A stretch of DNA of 31,634 nucleotides from assembly GCA_040222015.1 (NCBI GenBank), contig JAVJWO010000149.1:1-31634 (forward strand), in the 5' to 3' direction. Below, piece by piece: positions 9,447-17,533 of the stretch; the stretch's first letter is position 1, and every line of letters starts with the position of its first letter. The stretch is from Coleofasciculus chthonoplastes F2-STO-03. GTDB taxonomy: Bacteria; Cyanobacteriota; Cyanobacteriia; Cyanobacteriales; Coleofasciculaceae. Below the pieces are notes generated by a model that saw only the letters and a program-made list of their open reading frames with translations, was not told the origin of the DNA and did no database searches. Made by a program: the position numbers and the translations under genes.

Positions 9447-9932
9447 ATGCAAAGGAAATTTTTAGTCCCCCTTATCCTAATGTTAGTGATGAGCTGGTCA
9501 GCTAAAGCTACGGCTCATGGTGCCAATATTAACTATGAAACCACGCAGGCGATTAAAATTGATGCGGCTTTTGATAACGGCAAATCCATGTCCAATGCCC
9601 AAGTTACGGTTTACTCTCCCCAAGATCCTTCTACTCCTTGGCTGCAAGGAACTACCGACGAAAACGGTAGCTTTGTCTTTGCTCCCGATCGCTCGCAACC
9701 GGGAGAATGGGCAGTTCAGGTTCGCCAAGCGGGTCACGGAGATTTGATTACTATTTCTATGGGTGAGGATCAATCAGTAATAGAGAATACTGTAGATGGT
9801 CAAGTGATGAGTATTCAATCCACGAATGGCTCCTTCACACCCGTCCAAATTGTGGTGATGGCAGTTGCGGTGAGCTGGGGTTTTGTCGGTACAGCACTCT
9901 ATTTTGCCCAAGGGACAAAACAGGCTAAGTAG
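9447..9932 (+). CDS. ECF accessory protein (NikL/CbiL-like; carboxypeptidase-regulatory-like beta fold plus C-terminal TM helix)
   Basis: Signal peptide ending ATA|HG, GTTDENGSFVFAP, QAGHG and a C-terminal TM helix. Lies directly upstream of cbiM. Confidence 0.75.
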   Translation: MQRKFLVPLILMLVMSWSAKATAHGANINYETTQAIKIDAAFDNGKSMSNAQVTVYSPQDPSTPWLQGTTDENGSFVFAPDRSQPGEWAVQVRQAGHGDLITISMGEDQSVIENTVDGQVMSIQSTNGSFTPVQIVVMAVAVSWGFVGTALYFAQGTKQAK

Positions 9933-9993
9933 GTGGTCACAATTACGTTAGAATTGTTCATTGTTCATTGTCAAAAAAATCAGCAATTAGATC

Positions 9994-10057
9994 AGGGCGG
10001 GTTTTGAATAAATGTTATCATCAATTGTGAAACGTAAGTCCCTAAACCCGCCCCTAC
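9994..10057. repeat. GGGCGGGTTT-N39-AAACCCGCCCCTAC hairpin element (type A)
   Basis: 10-bp perfect inverted ends with a 39-nt interior containing GTTATC. Confidence 0.85.
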
Positions 10058-10139
10058 AAACCCGGTTATATCGAGGGTCATGAAGGGCTCCGCGCCCTGT
10101 CCTCTTTCCGATGTGAAGGGTCAAAACTACACAAAAATT

Positions 10140-10778
10140 ATGCATATTCCTGATGGCATCCTGCCTGCTTCTGTCTGTATCACAGGTTACGCAGCGACAG
10201 GAGGTTTCACTTGGTACTCCCTGCGCCAAATTAACCGAGATCCGAATCCCCAAGAGAATATTCCCAAAGCATCTCTACTCACAGCCGCCTTTTTTGTCGC
10301 CTCTTGGATTCACATTCCCATCCCACCAACAAGTGTCCATTTGATTCTGAATGGGTTGTTAGGCACAATGTTGGGATATTATGCGTTTCCAGCCATTCTC
10401 ATCGGTTTATTCTTTCAAGCCGTGATGTTTCAGCATGGTGGTTTATCCACGCTAGGAGTAAACGCCACGATGTTTGGCGTACCGGCACTTTTGGCGTATC
10501 ACCTATTTCAATTGCGCCTACTATTCGATAAGGATAATCGAGTGGTGACGGGTATCTTTGCCTTTATCGGAGGTGCGGGAGGTTTGGGGATAGCAACTTT
10601 GCTATTTTTCGCTTTAGTGATTACTAATATTCCCGCAACTATAGATGCATCAGCCGAAAAAATGGCAATTTACGGATTGGTATTGGCTCATATCCCACTC
10701 ATGGTAATTGAGGGTGCGTTTACGACAGCCGTGGCTCTGTTTTTGAAGCAAGTCAAACCTGAATTGTTGGAGAGTTGA
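10140..10778 (+). CDS. cbiM: Cobalt/nickel ECF transporter S component
   Basis: Diagnostic N-terminus MHIPDG at ATG 10140, QHGGLSTLGVN motif and multiple TM helices. Confidence 0.93.
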   Translation: MHIPDGILPASVCITGYAATGGFTWYSLRQINRDPNPQENIPKASLLTAAFFVASWIHIPIPPTSVHLILNGLLGTMLGYYAFPAILIGLFFQAVMFQHGGLSTLGVNATMFGVPALLAYHLFQLRLLFDKDNRVVTGIFAFIGGAGGLGIATLLFFALVITNIPATIDASAEKMAIYGLVLAHIPLMVIEGAFTTAVALFLKQVKPELLES

Positions 10779-11560
10779 TGAAACACGGACTGGATTTTTA
10801 TGCCAATTTTAACTCTCCGATTCATCGTTGGGAATCCCGTTGTAAACTGATTGGCTTATTTAGCTTAATTTTTGCATTTTCATTTGTTGAACAGTTAAGT
10901 TTACTTCCAGGGATGATCGTCGTGACACTGGTGTATTATCACCTCTCCAGATTACCCTTCTCGTTTTTGCGATCGCGGCTGCGCTACCCCGGTTTTTTTT
11001 TGCTGGCGATTACTCTGCTTTTACCGTTTACCGTGGGTAGTACGGTAATCGTTCAGATCGGTGTTTTGAGTCTATATCAAGAGGGAATCGTGGCGCTAGC
11101 GCTGATTGCGACTCGATTTTTATGTATTCTCACCGTGAGTTTAATTCTGTTTGGTACAGCCCCGTTTTTGAGTACCGTCAAAGCCATGCGATCGCTGGGG
11201 CTTCCGGCGGTATTAGCGGATATGACTCTATTGACGTACCGCTATATCGAACAGTTTGGTGAAGATTTAATCAAAATGAAACGGGCGATGCAATTGCGGG
11301 GGTTTCGGGCGACTCGTTTGTCTCGCCGTAATCTGAATGTGCTGGCGTCTCTAGTGGGTAGCTTATTGGTTCGCAGTTACAACCAGTCTCAGCAGGTTTA
11401 TCAAGCGATGATATTACGAGGGTATGGTTATACCCTGAAACATCGTAAACCGCCTAGTAGCATAAATCGGGTTTCTCGTGGGGATTTAATTGCGGTGGGG
11501 ATCACCTTCACGATCGCCCTTGGGTTCGTCGTTGCGGAAATTCTGGTAGAAAGGCGGTAG
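10778..11560 (+). CDS. cbiQ: ECF transporter T component
   Basis: TGATG overlap with the cbiM stop; RYIE, LRGF and QAMILRGY motifs. Confidence 0.92.
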   Translation: MKHGLDFYANFNSPIHRWESRCKLIGLFSLIFAFSFVEQLSLLPGMIVVTLVYYHLSRLPFSFLRSRLRYPGFFLLAITLLLPFTVGSTVIVQIGVLSLYQEGIVALALIATRFLCILTVSLILFGTAPFLSTVKAMRSLGLPAVLADMTLLTYRYIEQFGEDLIKMKRAMQLRGFRATRLSRRNLNVLASLVGSLLVRSYNQSQQVYQAMILRGYGYTLKHRKPPSSINRVSRGDLIAVGITFTIALGFVVAEILVERR

Positions 11561-11589
11561 TAACCGGAAAAATTTCCTCCAATCCTTAC

Positions 11590-11628
11590 CAATGACGAAT
11601 GACATAAACAAATGACGAATGACGAATT
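11590..11628. repeat. STRR-like AATGACG heptamer repeats
   Basis: caatgacgaatgacataaacaaatgacgaatgacgaatt lies immediately before the cbiO start. Confidence 0.7.
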
Positions 11629-12399
11629 ATGAGACCACAACAACAACTTGTATCTAACCCAGACAGTGCTAGAGAACCTGCGATCGCGATTTCTGGTTTG
11701 AGTTTCTCCTATCCGGATAGACCTGAGGTTTTACAAGACATCAATTTTAATATATATCCTGAAGAACGAGTCGGTTTAATTGGACCCAATGGTGCGGGTA
11801 AAACAACGTTATTCCTCTCAATCTGCGGTATTTTAACACCAAACTCTGGAGATATTAGCTTATTGGGAAAACCCGTCGTTGTGGGTGAGTTTCGCCCGGA
11901 AATCGGCTTAGTGTTTCAGAATCCAAACGATCAGTTATTATTACCATCAGTATGGGAAGATGTCGCCTTTGGTCCACAGAATATGGGCATGTCAGGGGAT
12001 GAGGTTAAGTATCGGGTTCAAGATGCGCTGTCTCTGGCTGGTGTGGAAATGTTGTCAGAACGAGTACCGCACAATCTTTCTGGAGGTGAGAAATGCATGG
12101 TCGCGATCGCGGGGGTGTTAGCCATGCGTCCCCAATTGGTTCTGTACGATGAACCCAGCGCGAACCTAGATATGCGCTATCGTCGTCGTGTGATCAACTT
12201 TCTCCAAACCACCCAGCAAACCATTCTGATTTCTTCCCATGACTTAGAACTAATTATCGAAGTGTGCGATCGCGTGCTTTTACTCAATGAAGGACGAATT
12301 ATTGCTGATGGAACTCCCCAGCACATTATGGCAGATGAATCATTAATGAACGCTCATGGTTTAGAGGTTCCGCACTCCCTGCGTCCTCATCATCAGTAG
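11629..12399 (+). CDS. cbiO: ECF transporter ATPase
   Basis: Walker A GPNGAGKTT, LSGGE signature, Walker B LYDEP and SHD switch. Confidence 0.93.
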   Translation: MRPQQQLVSNPDSAREPAIAISGLSFSYPDRPEVLQDINFNIYPEERVGLIGPNGAGKTTLFLSICGILTPNSGDISLLGKPVVVGEFRPEIGLVFQNPNDQLLLPSVWEDVAFGPQNMGMSGDEVKYRVQDALSLAGVEMLSERVPHNLSGGEKCMVAIAGVLAMRPQLVLYDEPSANLDMRYRRRVINFLQTTQQTILISSHDLELIIEVCDRVLLLNEGRIIADGTPQHIMADESLMNAHGLEVPHSLRPHHQ

Positions 12400-12521
12400 C
12401 CAAAAACTATAGTGTCAGACATCTGAAGCCTGCGATCGGCTAATTAATAACCTGTATAAACGACCCTCTCCTCCAGCCTATGTCTTTGTCAGACTACTTG
12501 CACGTTATGGTAATAGAAAAA

Positions 12522-12549
12522 TCCCTGACCTAAGAGATTAAGTCAGGGA
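12522..12549. terminator. Hairpin between convergent cbiO and PEP-CTERM genes
   Basis: TCCCTGAC...GTCAGGGA stem preceded by an A-run, which gives a U-tract on the minus strand. Confidence 0.5.
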
Positions 12550-12618
12550 CATAGTGTGAGGAGTGCATAAAAAAATGGACGGGGGCTAGGTTGGATGCCT
12601 AACCCAGGTTTCAAAACC

Positions 12619-13575
12619 TTAGACTTTCTGCTTACCTTTACGGCGAGAAGCAACTCCTAGAGCAGCGACTAATCCTAGTCCAGCTAATGTTGCGGGTTCA
12701 GGAACCGTTTCACTGATTGGGTCAGGTAAATCACCGTTGAAGAGATAGTTATTCGATTGTCCACCTCCCGTTAGCGAAGCGGTAATTAAGTTGCCGTTAA
12801 TTTGAGCATTGTTAAAGTCGAAAGCGGCGAAAGGTGCTAAAATACTACCTTGTATTCCCATTCCACTGGCTGACAGATTTGTAGCTTCGTAGAAATTGTA
12901 GATAACGTTCTGTCTCTGATCAATACCGCCATTAAAATTGAAGCCAAAGTTTTGTAATGATGCTTCGTCTCCACTAACATTCACAATGATAGTCGAACCT
13001 GGAGTTACATCAATGTTGAAGCTGCTGGCAGTGCTTAAATCAGAGGCATTCAGATGAAAAATGTTTTCGTCTTCATCTGAACCGGTTAATGTAATTCCAC
13101 CATAAGCTATTTCTGTTGTACCAGTAGCCTCTAACCCTCCTAAAAATTGAGATAATGCTTGTAATTCCTGACTAGCTGCAGCAAAGTCAATGGGGTTATC
13201 TTGGCGAGGCGTTCCCCCATGCTCAAGGGTTACATTGGTGAGAGCAGCTGTTCCCCCATAAACCACATTCCCTCGAACTTGACCGTTTTCAAAGACTAAA
13301 TTTTCACCAACAACTAAGACATCACCGTTGTTCCCGTCTTGAGGCAGATTCATTCCTGCATAAAAATCTGAGAATGTGACATTTCCACCAATGGCGACCT
13401 TACCCTCAGAATCAGTATTGCTTTGATTTACATCGCCGAGCACAAATATATTATAGTCAGAAGCGATTCCGAGATTAATTGCATTAGCCTGGGCAGATAT
13501 CCCTAGTACCATCGTAGCCGCAATTGATAAGGGAGCTACCAATTGTCTTATGCGCGAAAAAGTTTGATTGTTCAT
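12619..13575 (-). CDS. Choice-of-anchor A domain protein with PEP-CTERM sorting signal
   Basis: Signal peptide, YNIFVLGD...DSEGKVAIGGN, GSILAPFA, and a C-terminal VPEP plus TM helix plus basic RRKGK. Confidence 0.9.
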   Translation of the reverse strand: MNNQTFSRIRQLVAPLSIAATMVLGISAQANAINLGIASDYNIFVLGDVNQSNTDSEGKVAIGGNVTFSDFYAGMNLPQDGNNGDVLVVGENLVFENGQVRGNVVYGGTAALTNVTLEHGGTPRQDNPIDFAAASQELQALSQFLGGLEATGTTEIAYGGITLTGSDEDENIFHLNASDLSTASSFNIDVTPGSTIIVNVSGDEASLQNFGFNFNGGIDQRQNVIYNFYEATNLSASGMGIQGSILAPFAAFDFNNAQINGNLITASLTGGGQSNNYLFNGDLPDPISETVPEPATLAGLGLVAALGVASRRKGKQKV

Positions 13576-13816
13576 CTGTAAAATTCAACTGTGTAAGGAA
13601 CACTGAGTTTTAGGTATGACTCTTAACTAAGTCCGTTGTATTAGATGTTGAACCTAACCTTTGCTCAGTTGTTTTTATCTTATTCAACAAACTGACTAGA
13701 TGTCAGTAGAAATGAAGGAAGATCATCAAGTCTTCATGCTTTTGAGTAACTTGATGAAACTCTAGTGAATTTTCACAAGTGTAAACGGTATGAAGGAAGT
13801 GGTAGCGTTAGTGAAG

Positions 13817-13883
13817 CCTTCCGTCCCCCTATTAGATCCCCTCTTCCCTATTAGATCCCCCTTCCGTCCCCCTATTAAGCCCC
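13817..13883. repeat. Three imperfect tandem direct repeats of about 19-25 bp
   Basis: (C)CTTCCGTCCCCCTATTAGATCCCC-like units at 13817, 13842 and 13861. Confidence 0.75.
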
Positions 13884-13904
13884 TCCAAGAAAAAATATAT
13901 TCCG

Positions 13905-13971
13905 CTTCCCTCCCCTCGCAGGGGAGGGCTAGGGAGAGGTAAAACCAAGGTATTGCAGATTTTTGAGCTTA
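13905..13971. repeat. CTCCCCTC...GGGGAG repeat with a 49-bp tail shared with 27387-27435
   Basis: GGAGGGcTAGGGAGaGGTAAAAcCAAGGTATTGCAGAtTTTTGAGCTTA matches 27387-27435 at 45 of 49 positions. Confidence 0.8.
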
Positions 13972-14004
13972 ACTTGAGACCAATGCAAGCCTTGCATCCC
14001 TACA

Positions 14005-14110
14005 TATAGCAACCGCCATAGCGGTTAGGACACATTATTTATGTAGAGACCAAACATGGACGGTCTCTACAATGGTGACGAAAGTCCTAATCGATGTGTC
14101 TACTGCTATA
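14005..14110. mobile_element. MITE-like element with TATAGCA...TTAGGAC imperfect TIRs enclosing a GTAGAGAC REP
   Basis: Left end TATAGCAaccgccatagcggTTAGGAC, right end GTCCTAAtcgatgtgtctacTGCTATA, and central GTAGAGACC...GGTCTCTAC (14043-14070). Confidence 0.7.
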
Positions 14111-14212
14111 AAATAAACTATTCTCCGCATCGATATATAATCTCTAAACGGAGAATAGTTTATTGATATATTTTTGACTAAATATCAAAGATGGTGTATA
14201 TCTACCTTGATC

Positions 14213-15148
14213 TCAAGGTTTAATGGTGGAAGCTAATTTCCGTTGCATCGGAGGTAGATGATGATTATTAGATACCTCAGAAGCATTAAAATCTGATCGG
14301 ACAGTTATTGGATGAGCTGGCGACAGATGAGATGGTGGCATTTGCTTCATTTCTTGGACTTTCAGCAAAATTAAGTACTCATAAAACGCTTGTAAGGTAC
14401 ACCAAGCCATTCCTGCTTTGCCATCCAGACAACCACCCAGGAAGAAATACATATAAATCCACCGTAACAGGGGTCTCAAAGGTAAGCGTAGAGATAAATC
14501 TTTGAGTGCTCGACGCCGTTCGACTTCTGATCGACCAAAGAATAAGTTCCCCCAATTGACATTTCCCTGTTCTAACTGACGGACTGTCTCAGCCGCTTCA
14601 TCGGTGGAGTAGCGATTGTGCTTCTCTATCCAACGATTCAAGCCTTTGCTACAGGTATAGTGAGGATAGGTTTCTTGCAGAAAACTGGTTGCTCCATTAC
14701 AAACTTCCCGTTCCGTGTGACCGTAGTCTGTGAACCAAACCTTTCCTTTTTGGAAAAGACGCATTTGGTAACGGGGGTACTGGGTGCTGTGGCGAATCCA
14801 TTTCCCCATAAACATTACTTGTTCTGCCACATAATAGCCAACACCATCTGGGCGTTTTATTGCCGCTAAACTCTCTTGAAACAGTTGAGGAGTCATTCGC
14901 TCATCTGCTTCTAAGATATAAACCCATTGATACTTTGTGGGAATCGCTTCTAGCATCCAGGTTCGTTGCTTGCCATGACTCTCAAATTGATGTTGCACAA
15001 CACGAACGGGGTAGCGGGAGGCAATTTCTACAGTACGGTCTGTGCTGTAGGAATCTACTACTATGACATCATCCGATAGCTGGGCTGACTCAATGCAAGC
15101 CGCGATATCTATTTCTTCGTTGTGGGTCAGAATGTAGATGGAAAACAT
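14213..15148 (-). CDS. Glycosyltransferase family 2
   Basis: ILTHNEE, VVDSYSTDRT and a DxD-equivalent LEADE. Confidence 0.92.
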   Translation of the reverse strand: MFSIYILTHNEEIDIAACIESAQLSDDVIVVDSYSTDRTVEIASRYPVRVVQHQFESHGKQRTWMLEAIPTKYQWVYILEADERMTPQLFQESLAAIKRPDGVGYYVAEQVMFMGKWIRHSTQYPRYQMRLFQKGKVWFTDYGHTEREVCNGATSFLQETYPHYTCSKGLNRWIEKHNRYSTDEAAETVRQLEQGNVNWGNLFFGRSEVERRRALKDLSLRLPLRPLLRWIYMYFFLGGCLDGKAGMAWCTLQAFYEYLILLKVQEMKQMPPSHLSPAHPITVRSDFNASEVSNNHHLPPMQRKLASTIKP

Positions 15149-15235
15149 AAGTTAAAGAGTGAGTGAACGATTAAATGAGTGCCAGATTCCTTTACATAGA
15201 CTAGTAATGCTACCTGGGAAATCAAAATTTATAGT

Positions 15236-15298
15236 GTAGAGGCAGGTGTAAGCCGTTTAAGACAGCCTCAAACCGATAACTTATCAATAAACCCGCCC
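15236..15298. repeat. Degenerate reverse-oriented GGGCGGGTTT hairpin element (type A)
   Basis: The reverse complement reads GGGCGGGTTT attgataaGTTATC...ACACCTGCCTCTAC. Confidence 0.7.
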
Positions 15299-15522
15299 TT
15301 AGTCACAAATGAAAAGCCTGCCCTGAGCATCGTCGAAGGATCAAAAGAATTTTTTTACCCTACGTATATTTTATATTTTGATAGGTTTTCTATCCCTGTG
15401 TCTAGGTTTATCCCCAATCTTTGTCCAATCTTTACATTTAATGATGCCTTAGCGTTGTGTCGGCAATCGGAGAAGCAACCTAAGAACAGTGAGGTAAGTA
15501 GTCGGACAAAAGAAAACAGCAC

Positions 15523-15559
15523 CCTACCACCGATCCTTTTAGGTCGGTGAGGATGTCAA
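15523..15559 (+). mobile_element. Isolated IS200/IS605-type right-end remnant
   Basis: CCT-AC-CACCGATC-ctttta-GGTCGGTG-AGG hairpin followed by ATGTCAA (TCAA end). No tnp gene is attached. Confidence 0.55.
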
Positions 15560-15614
15560 CTTGGCTTCATGGCATACAATGGAAAGGCTGTGCAAAATTC
15601 GCTAACTGACAACC

Positions 15615-15788
15615 ATGGCTGTACCCAAGAAGAAAACATCAAAGTCAAAACGAGACAAACGTAGAGCTAACTGGAGACGCAAAGCATCATTGGAAGCGGA
15701 GAAAGCCCTCTCTCTGGGTAAGGCAGTTTTGAGTGGACGTTCGACGTTTGTCTATCCGACTGAAGAAGAAGAGGAAGAAGACGCCTAG
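15615..15788 (+). CDS. rpmF: 50S ribosomal protein L32 (not in the ORF track)
   Basis: [57 protein letters not shown], 57 aa. A TACAAT -10-like box lies at 15575-15580. Confidence 0.97.
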   Translation: MAVPKKKTSKSKRDKRRANWRRKASLEAEKALSLGKAVLSGRSTFVYPTEEEEEEDA

Positions 15789-15842
15789 TGTAGGGTGGCA
15801 GGAGTTTGTGAACACCTCCGTTCATGGAGGGGAGATGGGGGA

Positions 15843-15870
15843 GTAGAGACGTATCAGGCTATGTCTCTAC
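15843..15870. repeat. GTAGAGAC REP-like palindrome
   Basis: GTAGAGACgtatcaggctatGTCTCTAC. Confidence 0.8.
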
Positions 15871-15906
15871 ACTCTCTTTTCGGGATGGTTATCTAGACAA
15901 GTTGAA

Positions 15907-16557
15907 CTATGATCGGAAAATTTTTCCACAAACCAGAACCAGTTGTCCCGTTCTACCTATATACTCTTGTTGTGCCACAGCAATCGCCACCGTCACCGCC
16001 CCCGGTTGATTCTCCATCCGCACAATTTGTTTTTTGACCAGTAGAGGCAGTAGGGGCGCAAAGCCTTGCGCCCTTTCACCGACACACTGACTACAAACCA
16101 ACGCCGCCGCTTCTGCCACACTGGGAGTCCCCACCGCCTGATTCACCACCATTGACGGCGTAGGCACCTTTACCGATCGCAACACCTTAGCCGAAAACGT
16201 TTGGAAGGGCAAATTATGGGCTTGACAAAATTCCACCAATCCCGTTTCATCGGCTTTAAGATCAATCGTGGCAATTCCCGCGATCGCACCGACAGCTAGA
16301 TGATACCGTTGACAGGTTTGAATTATCGCCGTTTCGATTAATTCTCTGGATGTTCCCCGTTCACAGCCAATCCCCACCCATAATACCCGTGGATGCCATT
16401 GCACCTTGGGCAAATCAGAGGATTTATCCTGTAAAAGTGGGGCAATAAGGCGCACCACCGCCCCCGTTGCTAATCCAAAAATAAAAGCGCGATGCGTTTG
16501 CCAGAGTGAGGCGAATTTCAGGATAAAAAGACTGAAGCATAACGCACCATCTATCAA
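15907..16557 (-). pseudogene. cbiG: CbiG-like (cobalamin biosynthesis) remnant, apparently internally deleted and truncated at the CobJ junction
   Basis: The CbiG N motif FGLATGAVVRLIAPLLQDKSSD joins directly to CbiG C motifs (WVGIGCERG, TIDLKADE, GTPSVAEAAAL). The ORF ends shortly after EYIGRTGQLVLV. It could instead be a short functional CbiG_C protein. Confidence 0.6.
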
Positions 16558-16747
16558 AGTTTTTATCGGTTACTACCGCTGCTTTACGCGAGTTTACAAA
16601 CCTTTATTATAACGGATGCAATTTATCAGATCATAACAGGCAAAAGTTAAATAACATAACTCTGGATCTGGACAAGTTTACAATACATCGGTACTATATA
16701 TAAATAAGTAAAGGAAAGACTATTAATGTTAGGGGTAGACTGAGAAT

Positions 16748-17533
16748 ATGGCTAGCACTCATACAGGTATCGAGTGGACAGACCGAACATGGAACCCCAC
16801 AACTGGCTGCAACAAAGTTAGTCCAGGTTGTACCCATTGTTATGCAGAAGCACTAACTAAACGGTTTCATCAGAATTTCCCCAATGGATTTGATTTAACC
16901 CTGCATCGGGAACGCATAAAAGAACCCTTGCGTTGGCGCAAGCCAAGTCGCATTTTTGTCAACTCTATGAGTGATCTTTTTCACGAAAACGTGCCTATCG
17001 AATTTCTCAAAGATGTGTTTGATGTGATGGGTCAAACGCCTCAGCATATCTATCAAATTTTGACCAAACGACATGAACGTTTAGTTGAGTTGGCTCCTCA
17101 GTTAGAATGGCATAACAATATTTGGATGGGGGTATCGGTTGAAAATCAGGACTATGTTCACCGTGTTGATTCCCTGCGACAAGTTCCAGCCAATGTGCGT
17201 TTTCTCTCTTGTGAACCACTTCTCGGTGATTTACATCTTAATTTAACGGATATTCATTGGGTTATTGTGGGTGGCGAATCGGGAAATAGATATCGTCCGA
17301 TGAAGTTAGAGTGGGCGCAAAGTATCCGAGACCAATGTCAGAGGTTTGGTGTCGCATTTTTCTTTAAACAATGGGGAGGTAGAACTCCAAAAGCTAGAGG
17401 AAGAGAACTAGATGGAAAGATTTGGGATGAGATGCCATTAGCTTGGAAACAACACCAACAGCAATGGGGGGAAGATATCACCGTATCTCGTCATCAGTCT
17501 ACGAAACGACTTAACGTTTTGGTGGAAAAGTAA
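16748..17533 (+). CDS. DUF5131 / phage Gp37Gp68-family three-Cys-motif (radical-SAM-like) protein
   Basis: TGIEWTDRTWNPTTGCNKVSPGCTHCYA (Cx6Cx2C), FVNSMSDLFH, LTKR, WVIVGGESG and FFFKQWGG. Confidence 0.93.
   Translation: MASTHTGIEWTDRTWNPTTGCNKVSPGCTHCYAEALTKRFHQNFPNGFDLTLHRERIKEPLRWRKPSRIFVNSMSDLFHENVPIEFLKDVFDVMGQTPQHIYQILTKRHERLVELAPQLEWHNNIWMGVSVENQDYVHRVDSLRQVPANVRFLSCEPLLGDLHLNLTDIHWVIVGGESGNRYRPMKLEWAQSIRDQCQRFGVAFFFKQWGGRTPKARGRELDGKIWDEMPLAWKQHQQQWGEDITVSRHQSTKRLNVLVEK

Noticed and set aside
10080..10139. N-terminal extension of CbiM
   Set aside because: CbiM requires Met-His at the mature N-terminus, and the extension is repeat-derived and not a signal peptide.
13817..13883. Three direct repeats as a mini-CRISPR
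   Set aside because: The units are contiguous with no spacers.
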